Origin: Verrucomicrobiaceae bacterium
GTDB lineage: Bacteria; Pseudomonadota; Gammaproteobacteria; Pseudomonadales; CAMLJR01
Direction: 5' to 3'
NCBI GenBank assembly: GCA_028293825.1
Contig: JAQGNY010000048.1
Location: forward strand, 11,023-75,022
Length of the DNA stretch: 64,000 nucleotides
Shown here: piece after piece, positions 10,229-19,435 of the stretch
How the letters are laid out: each line of letters opens with the position of its first letter
How positions within the stretch are numbered: position 1 is the stretch's first letter
The notes under the pieces: generated by a model
What the model was told of the DNA's origin: nothing
The model's input: the letters and a program-made list of their open reading frames with translations, nothing else
The model's database searches: none
Translations under genes and position numbers: made by a program

Positions 10229-11650
10229 TTAGGGAAGATTTTTGACAATTCGCGGCCCCAGCACGTTGGCTAGTACCACCGGCAACTTCTGCCAGCAGGC
10301 AATCAGCAGTCGAAACTTAGGGCTATCCGGTTTTAACGCAGGCAGTTCACCGCCATTACTCAACCAATAATGCCAGTAATGCTGGACCGGCTGGGCGCCC
10401 CATTGCCTCTTAAAATTGAACGTGCCCGAATCTTGCGTCGAGCGTCCAAAATCAAAAAAGCGATATTTGCGCTCGATACAAAACCCCAGTACGGCGTGAT
10501 ACAGCAGCATATTCATGTTTAATGTGTTGACGGTACGCAGCGTTGACGCCCACGGAATTTCCATCATGTCGCGATGGCCGAGCAAAAAAGCAGCAGCGAC
10601 TGGCTTGTTGTTGAGGCGAACGATGACCAGGTGCGATTGATTCGGCATCGCCGTCAAAATATTACGGAAAAACTCTTTTCCATAAACCGGTGTGCCCAAA
10701 TCCCGCATGTTAATGGAAAACACGCGATAGAAATCGTCGAGCAAGTCGAGATGGCCGATGGCAATTTGCGGATCTTCTCGCTGTGCACGTTTTATTTGTG
10801 CGCGGATTTTCGCGCCAATCTCGTCGTCGAGCGCATTGGTATTGTCCGGTAATATTTTGATCATCGACACTTTATCGGTGCGACGTGGCCATTCATTTAA
10901 TACGCGCGTGGCGCGTATTTCGAGGTGAGAAATACCGAGCACTTGCGCGCATTCTTGCGCCTTATTGAGCAGCGCAACTGTCGCCGCATTATTGTTTGTT
11001 AGCGGTCCGCCGTAATTGAAGAACGGCATCGACACGGCGAAGTCGCCAAATAAGCGGCTGCGCAAACGAACCAACGGCAATATCCCGCAGGTTGCACCAT
11101 GGGCAGTGCTGGCCAGCAAATATATAGAGGAGTGGTCGAAGCTGTCGGCGATTACATTGCGCCAGTGATAGCGGTGATAAAGGGCGGCGTGTGGGTGCGA
11201 GTCAACATATGCATCCCACACGCCCTGATCGCCATCGACTATTTCACGAACGGAGATCGGCCCGGCAATCTCCTGTTGGCTAGAAAGGTCGCGCTGATAA
11301 GCACCAAACTGTTGTGGGGTTAGCGCGGCATTATTTGTGTCATCCACAAATAAATTGCAGATTTGCTCCTCAATTTCTTTGCGGCGTAATTCGATGCGAT
11401 CCAGCTCTGCAGAAAGTCGCTGCATCTCCAGCTTGATCGGTTCGATGTCTAGCCCATCGGTTTTCGCCTGACCAAATCGACGCGCGCATTCTTGTTTGTT
11501 TAATTTGGCTTGTTTGAGTAAGGGCTTAAGTGTGTCGAGTATTTCAACCAGCTGTTCGACGTGAGTTGATTTTTCCGTTGCGATTAAAGTATTGGGCCAG
11601 CGCTGTGAACATGCTGCGCCAACATTTTTCAGGATGTCTTTAATCTGCAT
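10229..11650 (-). CDS. FemAB-family (XrtA/PEP-CTERM-associated) aminoacyl transferase with an N-terminal seryl-tRNA-synthetase-like coiled-coil arm
   Basis: WDAYVDSHP, SRLFG, SMPFFNYGG, NMRDLGTP, FDFGRS, FKRQWGA; extra ~125 N-terminal aa containing GQAKTDGLDIEPIKLEMQRLSAELD. Confidence 0.9.
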   Translation of the reverse strand: MQIKDILKNVGAACSQRWPNTLIATEKSTHVEQLVEILDTLKPLLKQAKLNKQECARRFGQAKTDGLDIEPIKLEMQRLSAELDRIELRRKEIEEQICNLFVDDTNNAALTPQQFGAYQRDLSSQQEIAGPISVREIVDGDQGVWDAYVDSHPHAALYHRYHWRNVIADSFDHSSIYLLASTAHGATCGILPLVRLRSRLFGDFAVSMPFFNYGGPLTNNNAATVALLNKAQECAQVLGISHLEIRATRVLNEWPRRTDKVSMIKILPDNTNALDDEIGAKIRAQIKRAQREDPQIAIGHLDLLDDFYRVFSINMRDLGTPVYGKEFFRNILTAMPNQSHLVIVRLNNKPVAAAFLLGHRDMMEIPWASTLRTVNTLNMNMLLYHAVLGFCIERKYRFFDFGRSTQDSGTFNFKRQWGAQPVQHYWHYWLSNGGELPALKPDSPKFRLLIACWQKLPVVLANVLGPRIVKNLP

Positions 11651-11665
11651 TTGCCAGGAAACTCT

Positions 11666-12574
11666 CTAAGCCGTGCAGAGTCGCACGGGCGTGGTTTCTA
11701 GCACCGCAGTCGATTGCAGGCTTTCACTGACCGTACCGAATGGGAATTCTTTGAGGAGCTTTTGTAAGCGCGGTAGACATTTTTCGAGATTGTTGTAATG
11801 GCGAAATCGCGACAATAAGCTCGCGCCACTTACGCGAGGTTGATCTGGGTCAATCTCCCATGGGTGCAGATAAAAAATTGCCGGAGTTTGTCCTGCATTC
11901 GTCGCGCGTTGAAATAACGCACGCGACAGCGCGTACGGATAAAGACGAAAGTAACCACCGCCAGCCGCCGGCATTTGATAGCCGAATAGCTTCGCCGTAG
12001 TCAGTGGAAATTCGATCAACGCGCCGTTCGCGGTTTCGACCTGATAGGGTGATGTGGGCGAGTTGGGTATTCCGTAGCGGTCGTGGTAAACCGGAAAAAT
12101 ACTCGAATCCCAGGTGAATCCAAGCTCGGCCAATATATCCAGCGCCCACAACGAGTCGCGCGTAATTGAATAGCTGGCAGCGCGATAACCGAGAACCGGC
12201 ACCTGCGCGATATCTTCAATCAATTGTTTGGAGCGAATTGTTTCTTCGCGAAATATCGCTGGGGTTTGTTTGTAAATAAGTTGATGACTGTAACCATGCG
12301 ACGCAATTTCGTGACCGCGTGTATTTATTTCGCGCACAAGATGCGGGTATCGTTCGGCAACCCAACCGAGTATAAAAAAAGTTGCTTTGATCTGGGCGGT
12401 ATCGAACAAATCGAGCAGGCATCGCGTATTGCGTTCAACCGTAGATGGCCATTGCTCCCATTGATCCGGCGAAATAACTTTTGCGAGAGCGGCAACATGG
12501 AAATAATCTTCCACATCGACTGTCATCGCGTGGCGAACGATTGGTGCAGTCGGCGAGGTTGCTGGCGTCGTCAT
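11666..12574 (-). CDS. XrtA-system polysaccharide deacetylase (DUF3473 type)
   Basis: MTVDVEDYF, ATFFILGW, EIASHGYSH, GYRAASYS, GGGYFR, YLHPWEIDP. Confidence 0.93.
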   Translation of the reverse strand: MTTPATSPTAPIVRHAMTVDVEDYFHVAALAKVISPDQWEQWPSTVERNTRCLLDLFDTAQIKATFFILGWVAERYPHLVREINTRGHEIASHGYSHQLIYKQTPAIFREETIRSKQLIEDIAQVPVLGYRAASYSITRDSLWALDILAELGFTWDSSIFPVYHDRYGIPNSPTSPYQVETANGALIEFPLTTAKLFGYQMPAAGGGYFRLYPYALSRALFQRATNAGQTPAIFYLHPWEIDPDQPRVSGASLLSRFRHYNNLEKCLPRLQKLLKEFPFGTVSESLQSTAVLETTPVRLCTA

Positions 12575-12648
12575 GACAAAAATAATCTACACTGAGCGGC
12601 TGGTTGACCCGGGAATACTAGCATAGCCCCTGCAACGAAAAGTACCGC

Positions 12649-14112
12649 ATGAAAAAACTGATCATCCAAGGAAGCTTGGCCTTTGCATTCGCCGTTTGGG
12701 TAGTGCTGAACTGGCCCGCATTAATTGCCTTACACCTGCGCTGGATTATAGTCGATGAGTCTTATTCGATCGGCTACCCGGTCGTCGCGATAGCGCTGTG
12801 GTTGATTTTTGAGTCACGCAAATCTTTATTGAATATTCCCATTCGGCCATCACTGTTAGCAATCGGGCTGTTTTTGTTGGCGAGTACAGCGAGCCTCGCG
12901 GCGCAGTTGGTGCAGCTGCAATTGCTGCAACAATTGATGGTGCCGATTTCGCTGTGGCTGCTAATTGTGGCTGTGGCGGGATGGCGTTTCGGCCGAGTCT
13001 TATTGTTTCCGTTTTTGCTGATTTATATCGCTATTCCATTGTGGGATGTTTTGGTCGATCCGCTGCGGATGGTGACCGTCATCGTTACGCAAAGCGTTTT
13101 GCATGTCGCGAAAATTCCAGCATTTGTTCTTGGTTATCAAATCACGCTGCCGGACGGAATAATAATGGTCGCAGACGGCTGCAGCGGCCTTAATTTATTG
13201 CTCAGCGCCGTGGTCGTCGGCGCGTTGCAATTTCACCTGATGGTGCAGCCGTTCTGGCGGCGCGCAGCAGTGGCCACATTAGCGGTGATGCTGGGACTAA
13301 TTGATAATTGGATTCGCGTCGTCGCAATCGTATTGGTCGGCCATTTCTCGCACATGCAAAGCGCGCTGGTTTATCACCACGGTAATTTTGGCTGGATAGT
13401 TTTTGCCATAAGCCTGGTGCCATTTTTTATGGCCGTGCGCTGGCTCGATCACGGTGATTATGTAAAACCGGTGGATATTTCTATATCGTCTTCGCCCGCA
13501 CTGAGCGCACACACTGCGAGTTATGCAGCGATTGCTGCTGCCGGCGGTATTGCATTGTTGGCGTTGACGTTGTTTATCGCGCAGCGCGAGCGTTCGGCGA
13601 CGGTGCTGATCGCTCCCGCGCAGGCCATTCCGGCGCAGGCGATGTGGTTGCCGCAATATGAAGGTTACGATCAACAGCAGCATTGGCGAGTTTCGGTTGA
13701 CGCTGCGAGCTTCGATATCTCCGTACTGACCTATTTGCACCAGACCGATACAAAAAAATTAATCTATTTCAGCAATCGTATTGCGGATGAGCAGCACACG
13801 CTATCTGTGGCCACGGTGGCTGTGAGTGACTCGCTACGGATCAATCAAACCGTCATCGATGCTGGCGGGCCGCGCATGGTGTGGTGGTTTTATTTGATCG
13901 ACAGTCATGTCGTCACCGGTGGCCTTGCAGCAAAGTGGCATCAACTGATGGAGTTGCTACGAGGCAACGCAGGCGCGTCGCTGGTAACGATTTCAACACG
14001 CTGTACTTCTTCAAGCTGCAGCGAGTTTTTATCGGATGATGATGTTGCAACGCCCGCAGTTCGCGGTCTTCTAATCAGCTGGTTTACAAAATTAAATATT
14101 GCTTCGCGCTAA
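12649..14112 (+). CDS. xrtA: Exosortase (XrtA/EpsH type) with C-terminal EpsI-like domain
   Basis: Multi-TM; catalytic Cys (VADGCSGL), Arg (NWIRV), His (HHGNFGW); periplasmic C-terminal domain with VWWFY. Confidence 0.85.
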   Translation: MKKLIIQGSLAFAFAVWVVLNWPALIALHLRWIIVDESYSIGYPVVAIALWLIFESRKSLLNIPIRPSLLAIGLFLLASTASLAAQLVQLQLLQQLMVPISLWLLIVAVAGWRFGRVLLFPFLLIYIAIPLWDVLVDPLRMVTVIVTQSVLHVAKIPAFVLGYQITLPDGIIMVADGCSGLNLLLSAVVVGALQFHLMVQPFWRRAAVATLAVMLGLIDNWIRVVAIVLVGHFSHMQSALVYHHGNFGWIVFAISLVPFFMAVRWLDHGDYVKPVDISISSSPALSAHTASYAAIAAAGGIALLALTLFIAQRERSATVLIAPAQAIPAQAMWLPQYEGYDQQQHWRVSVDAASFDISVLTYLHQTDTKKLIYFSNRIADEQHTLSVATVAVSDSLRINQTVIDAGGPRMVWWFYLIDSHVVTGGLAAKWHQLMELLRGNAGASLVTISTRCTSSSCSEFLSDDDVATPAVRGLLISWFTKLNIASR

Positions 14113-15125
14113 ATCCAGCCGGACAGGCGGGCGCGAAAGCGCGTGGGTGTGTTACTCACGTCCTCATGGATGCCGATGCGATGCAGTTGATGTGTCGATG
14201 CCGGTAGCGCATTAATGCCTGATTGCGTGGTAACGGCAGCAGCGTAATTTTCACTGACCAGTTTGGCCGCTGCCGCGCTGAAATCGCCATTGGGATAACA
14301 GAATAAGGTCACCGGTTTTTCCAGTTGCGCTTCAAGTTTGCTGCGGCTATCGACGATTTCGGCATGCAGCGTTTTTTCCGGCAAACCTTTCACCAGCCGC
14401 GTGTGATGACATGTATGCGAGCCAATTTCAACGAGTCCCGTCGCTTGCATCTGTCGCACTTCGGACCAATTCATTAACGAAGGCTCCGGCAACGAAGCAA
14501 GGCCCGTATCCGCTTCCATTGCATCCAAATTTGTACGCAGTTGGGGATCGGACAGACGCTTACATTCATTAATCAATGCGGCGATAGCTTCACGCGAATG
14601 GACGCCGCTAGTTTGATAAGTAGTGAAGGCTTGTAGCCAGTCGAAGCTGCGTAAAGCTTGGCGATCAATGTCGGCAAGCGCGAGTAAGCGCGACAATCGA
14701 TTCGGCCAGAATTGTTGTTTGGTGCCGATCATGTCGGACACTGCGAAAACGGTGGCGGGCAGTTGCTCGGCTTGCAGTGCCGGTAGGGCGAATTCAAAAT
14801 TGTCGCGCCAACCATCGTCGAAGGTGATTGCACACGCGCGCGCCGGTAAGGGTTGATTGCTGGCCCGTCGCTGCGTCCATTCGGAGAGCGGCATTACCGC
14901 AAAAAGTTGTTTGATGATGCGCAGCTGTTGGCGAAAGCTTTCCGGAGTTACTATCATCCCCGGTTCTTCGGTGCGATAGCGCGGATCATGCACTGGCAAT
15001 ATGCGGTGATACATCAGCACCCAGAGTTGATTTTTACGGGTGCTGTAGCGATGTGGGCCAAGTTGGTCTGCGAGAAAATGAAGCGGCGCTTTAACGGCGT
15101 TTTTAATTCGCAAGCTATGACTCAC
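14109..15125 (-). CDS. Polysaccharide deacetylase (CE4 family)
   Basis: VLMYHR, ITFDDGWRDN, GSHTCHH, FCYPNG. Start placed at the GTG at 15125 because the track start (15176) abuts the divergent gene. Confidence 0.88.
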   Translation of the reverse strand: MSHSLRIKNAVKAPLHFLADQLGPHRYSTRKNQLWVLMYHRILPVHDPRYRTEEPGMIVTPESFRQQLRIIKQLFAVMPLSEWTQRRASNQPLPARACAITFDDGWRDNFEFALPALQAEQLPATVFAVSDMIGTKQQFWPNRLSRLLALADIDRQALRSFDWLQAFTTYQTSGVHSREAIAALINECKRLSDPQLRTNLDAMEADTGLASLPEPSLMNWSEVRQMQATGLVEIGSHTCHHTRLVKGLPEKTLHAEIVDSRSKLEAQLEKPVTLFCYPNGDFSAAAAKLVSENYAAAVTTQSGINALPASTHQLHRIGIHEDVSNTPTRFRARLSGWI

Positions 15126-15178
15126 AATAAAAATCCTACGGTTAGCTGAGAACCATTTTAGAGAAAGCGCGCGCAAGT

Positions 15179-16276
15179 ATGAAGACCATCTTACATGTAA
15201 TCGATACCACCGGCCCCGGCGGCGCTGAAACCGTTTTTATCGAGTTGGCCGATCGTTTGCGGACGTTGGGTTATCGTTCGATTGTTGTGATTCGCGGTCC
15301 TGGCTGGGTGTACGACGAGCTGCGCCGTCGCGACATCACACCGCATATTATTCCGGCCAAAGGCTCGTTCAATATTAAGTTCGTGCGTGCGTTGATCAAG
15401 CTCATTCGCGCCGAGCGTGTGGATGTGATCCAGTCGCATTTGTTGGGCTCGAATGTTTATTGCGCACTGGTTGGATTAATCACGCGGCGTCCTGTAGTCG
15501 CCACTTTTCACGGGCGCGTCGATGTAAATCCGAATGAGCGCCTGCGCGCAGTGAAATTGTTCTTAATGAATCTTGGCGTTAAATATTTTGTCACCGTATC
15601 GAAAAGTTTGTGTGCTGAAATTCATGCCGAAGGACTATTAAATCGCAAAAAAACGCAGGTGATTTACAACGGCATCGATACTTCTCGGTACGGAAAATCC
15701 AGCGAGCGTGCGCTGCTTATACAGCTTGGTTTGGGTGCAGATACGGTGCTGGTCGGCAGTTTGGGCAATGTACGTCCGGCCAAAGCTTATGATGTGTTGA
15801 TTAAAGCGGTGCCGCAGATTATTGCGTGTTATCCGCAAGCTCACTTTGTTATCGCGGGCGACATTAAAGCATCGCTGATGACAGAGTTGGATTTGCTATT
15901 GAAAGAATTTGCGGTGAGCGATCACGTGCACTTTCTGGGTTTTTGTAATGACAGCGCGGCGTTTTTGGCGCAGCTCGATATATTTTTACTCAGCTCGCGC
16001 TCGGAAGGGTTTTCCATTTCCACGATTGAGGCTATGGCAACCGGGTTGCCGATCGTCGCAACGCGCTGCGGCGGGCCGGAAGAAATTGTGTCCGACTCGG
16101 TCGACGGCCTTTTAGTTGAATCTGAAAATCCCATCGCGTTGGCTAACGGCGTACTCAAATTATTAGATGACCGCAATTTGCAAACGCGCATCGCGGAGAA
16201 CGGCAATCGCCGCGCGCGCGAAGCATTCGAAATAAGCGGCATGATTGGCCAATACACTCGATTGTATGAATCCTGA
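15179..16276 (+). CDS. Glycosyltransferase family 4
   Basis: GPGGAE, IYNGID, SRSEGFSISTIEAMATGLP. Confidence 0.93.
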   Translation: MKTILHVIDTTGPGGAETVFIELADRLRTLGYRSIVVIRGPGWVYDELRRRDITPHIIPAKGSFNIKFVRALIKLIRAERVDVIQSHLLGSNVYCALVGLITRRPVVATFHGRVDVNPNERLRAVKLFLMNLGVKYFVTVSKSLCAEIHAEGLLNRKKTQVIYNGIDTSRYGKSSERALLIQLGLGADTVLVGSLGNVRPAKAYDVLIKAVPQIIACYPQAHFVIAGDIKASLMTELDLLLKEFAVSDHVHFLGFCNDSAAFLAQLDIFLLSSRSEGFSISTIEAMATGLPIVATRCGGPEEIVSDSVDGLLVESENPIALANGVLKLLDDRNLQTRIAENGNRRAREAFEISGMIGQYTRLYES

Positions 16277-16297
16277 TACAAATAAAATACAGCTGGT

Positions 16298-17482
16298 TTA
16301 GTTCAATAGATTTTTAATGTACTGCTTCAACTCGAACCAAGCAGGCGCCAGATCATCGAACCGATTTATTTCATGCCGCGTGGAAAATGGATGTGGAATG
16401 AAGAATCGTACGACGGCGCGCAATTTTTGAAATACCGAATAACCGGAGCGGGGACGCACGGTAAGCAGTAAATTATCGAGATCGCCTAACAGCCAACGTA
16501 AGCGGCGACCGGTGCTATATTTATCGACGATTTGCGGGTTTTCTTCATTGCAGACGCGGTACAGTAAATGAGGGAAATCGACCCCGGCGTCTATAGCCAG
16601 CTGCAGCGAACCCCAAAAGCGCGTATTCACTTCCATTAGATACGCTTTACCTGCGGGATCGACGCGAAACTCAATCATTGCGACACCGTGCCACTCGGCG
16701 GCGTCTAATAGCTTTTTTGCCATGCCGTGCATTTGCGGATCTAACGGCGCACTTTCTGACAGGGTGCTGACGCCGCCAGCGGGTGGTTTTTCTCGCAAGC
16801 GTTTGTGAGCAAAGAACGTAACGGGTTTGCCGTGGTCATAAAGCGCAAATATTCCAGCGCCATGCCCTGGAATAAATTCTTGCAGGATGAAGGGGTAATT
16901 GCGCAAATACGGTTTTTCGAGCAGCAGCTTTAATTGGAGCACATCGTTTGCGACGTGCACGGTTGTGTTCAACCAGCCGCTAGGTGTGCGGATACGAGAC
17001 AGGCAGGGTTTAATTACAACAGGATATTGCGTTACTTGGCGCTCATCAATTTCCGCTGAGCTGTTAAAATGACGACTTTCCGGGTAAGCCACGCCACACT
17101 TTTCGGCAAGCAGGACTAAACTCCATTTGTCGGCAAGCGCTAATACGGTTTCGTACGATGCAAATGGGATTCGGCAAATGCCCAGTTGATTGTTGAGTTG
17201 AAGGACCGTGCGGCTGCTTATTTCAGTGGTCGGAAAAACCCAATCGATTTTTTCGGATTGAATAATTTCAGTCAGCCAAGTAAAAAATATTTCTGGCTCG
17301 TGAGCTGCGGAGGGATGCTGAAAATATTGTGCACTGTAACGTGAGCTACCAGAGAGCGCAGTCGGCGCCTCATCTGCTGTAATCACTCTTAGGTAAGTAT
17401 GACGCCCTAAAGAGCGAACAACGGCGAGAGCACTGCGTTGATTGGCATCCAGGACGAGTATTGTTGATTTTTTATTGGGCAT
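16298..17482 (-). CDS. ATP-grasp carboxylate-amine ligase
   Basis: DKW, YPVVIKP, ILQEFIPG, GVAMIEFR, LMEVNTRFWGSL. Confidence 0.9.
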   Translation of the reverse strand: MPNKKSTILVLDANQRSALAVVRSLGRHTYLRVITADEAPTALSGSSRYSAQYFQHPSAAHEPEIFFTWLTEIIQSEKIDWVFPTTEISSRTVLQLNNQLGICRIPFASYETVLALADKWSLVLLAEKCGVAYPESRHFNSSAEIDERQVTQYPVVIKPCLSRIRTPSGWLNTTVHVANDVLQLKLLLEKPYLRNYPFILQEFIPGHGAGIFALYDHGKPVTFFAHKRLREKPPAGGVSTLSESAPLDPQMHGMAKKLLDAAEWHGVAMIEFRVDPAGKAYLMEVNTRFWGSLQLAIDAGVDFPHLLYRVCNEENPQIVDKYSTGRRLRWLLGDLDNLLLTVRPRSGYSVFQKLRAVVRFFIPHPFSTRHEINRFDDLAPAWFELKQYIKNLLN

Positions 17483-17555
17483 TGAACGACAACATCGGAT
17501 TCATTGTGATTAGAGTCAGTGTAAGCAAACACGTTGAGTATAGAAGGCTTAATCA

Positions 17556-18122
17556 ATGCTAGAGCCAATAAAAAACTACATCAACGATAATTACGGCTCA
17601 AAACGTGGCCTTCTCAATACGAGTAGATCCTTATGGTTCACGCAAATCGGTGGTTACAAAGAATTTCAGGACATTGATTGGGATCGCGTACAGCGTTTGA
17701 TATTTATCTGTAGTGGCAATATTTGTCGCAGTCCTCTCGGCGACGTGTATGCAAAATCAAAAGGCTACAACGCCGAATCTTTCGGGCTGGATTGTGGCGA
17801 CGCCTATCCAGCGGACCCTCGAGCAATAAATTTTGGTGCCACGCTGGGCCTTGATCTACAAGGGCATCGCACCCGAAATATTGCGAACTATCGGCCTTCC
17901 AGTCATGACTTGCTAGTCGGTATGGAGCCATCTCACATGCGGCCGTTGGAAAAATACACGGATAGCTCCGTGCAGATTACCTTGGCGGGGTTATGGCTTG
18001 ATCCCGTAAGGCCATATCTTCATGATCCTTACAATGCTTGTCCCGCATTTTTTAATAAATGCGAACAAAAAGTAGTGGCTGCTACGAATAATTTGTTGCG
18101 CAAGTTAAAGACGCCTACCTAG
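17556..18122 (+). CDS. Low-molecular-weight protein tyrosine phosphatase family protein
   Basis: P-loop CSGNICRS; acid loop HDPY. Confidence 0.88.
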   Translation: MLEPIKNYINDNYGSKRGLLNTSRSLWFTQIGGYKEFQDIDWDRVQRLIFICSGNICRSPLGDVYAKSKGYNAESFGLDCGDAYPADPRAINFGATLGLDLQGHRTRNIANYRPSSHDLLVGMEPSHMRPLEKYTDSSVQITLAGLWLDPVRPYLHDPYNACPAFFNKCEQKVVAATNNLLRKLKTPT

Positions 18123-18124
18123 CA

Positions 18125-19420
18125 ATGGAAGATTTTTACGCGCTGCGCGTCAAGAAGATGTTCTCATGGTTTAAGCGAGAACATTTTTCGTTTTGGATGA
18201 TTTGCGCCTATTTATTTGTGGAATACGTGCGGCCGCAATCGATTATTCCGGCGTTGGATATTCTGCCTTGGGCAATGGTTTTTATTCTGCTCTCTCTGAT
18301 TGGCTTGCTAACCGATCCACGACGTAAGTGGGCAAGCGACCCCGCAAATAAATGGATGCTCTCTTTTTTTGTGGTAATTGTATTATCAAGTTTCCTAGCT
18401 TATCGACCCGACGTCTCTTACGCAAAGCTGAACTCTTTTTATACATGGCTAATTATTTATTTTCTTATTATTAATATCGTTTATACAAAAGAGCGGTTTT
18501 TTGTTTTTTTAGCTGTTTTTATCATCGCCACGTTTAAGATTTCTTTTGGCCTCTCTCTAGTGTGGGCTAAACGGGGCTTTAGTTTTACAACATGGGGGCT
18601 ACAAGGGCCGCCCGGGTTTTTTCAAAACTCGGGTGAATTAGCGATTCAAATGGCCGTTTTTTTTCCAATTGCATTTACAGTTGCAAAGCATCTCAAGCCT
18701 TACGTATCCAAAAAGATATTTTTTGTACTGGCTTTAATGCCGGTAACTGCCGCGCTGACAATTCTTGGTTCTAGCTCCCGCGGCGGTCAGATTGCTTTAG
18801 CCGCGCAACTAGTAATTATGTTTTGGCGAAGGCTGTTTAATCCAAAGATTCTCATCGGCGCAGTATTGGCGGGGGCAATCTTGTTCGCTTTGATTCCTCC
18901 TGAGCAAAAAGAACGGTTTAGCTCTACTGGTAACGATCGTACTTCTCAGCAAAGGTTGCTGTACTGGCAGCACGGTATGCAAATGATGCGAGAGCATCCG
19001 GGATTGGGTGTTGGATATTTTAACTTTGCGCCTTACTACGCCGATCACTTTCAAGGCGATATGCTTTATGAGTTCGTGGAGCTGCCGCACAATATTTTTA
19101 TACAAGTCGGTACGGATACCGGATTTACCGGGCTATTTATTTTCTTGTGCCTGATATATCGAACGGCTAAAACAAATATTGCGACCGCTCGTTATTCGAA
19201 AGCCTCGGGAAATCAGGGCGACTTATATTATGATCTGGCAAAAAGTTTAAATGTTTCGCTGTGGGGCTTTGTGGTCGCCGGCCAGTTCGTTACAGTGACT
19301 TACTATCCATTTATGTGGATTAATTTGGCTTTAACCGTGGCCTTGCACCGATCAGTTGTTGATGTGAAGCTACCGGCGGGGCAATTGAGTAGTGGCCCTC
19401 CTCGCGCAGCCAATACTTAA
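18125..19420 (+). CDS. O-antigen ligase/Wzy-like membrane protein (exosortase A-associated O-glycosylation ligase type)
   Basis: About 10-12 TMs, SSSRGG, GLGVGYFNF, LPHNIFIQV..DTGFTG. Confidence 0.85.
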   Translation: MEDFYALRVKKMFSWFKREHFSFWMICAYLFVEYVRPQSIIPALDILPWAMVFILLSLIGLLTDPRRKWASDPANKWMLSFFVVIVLSSFLAYRPDVSYAKLNSFYTWLIIYFLIINIVYTKERFFVFLAVFIIATFKISFGLSLVWAKRGFSFTTWGLQGPPGFFQNSGELAIQMAVFFPIAFTVAKHLKPYVSKKIFFVLALMPVTAALTILGSSSRGGQIALAAQLVIMFWRRLFNPKILIGAVLAGAILFALIPPEQKERFSSTGNDRTSQQRLLYWQHGMQMMREHPGLGVGYFNFAPYYADHFQGDMLYEFVELPHNIFIQVGTDTGFTGLFIFLCLIYRTAKTNIATARYSKASGNQGDLYYDLAKSLNVSLWGFVVAGQFVTVTYYPFMWINLALTVALHRSVVDVKLPAGQLSSGPPRAANT

Positions 19421-19435
19421 TGATCAAGTTGGTTT

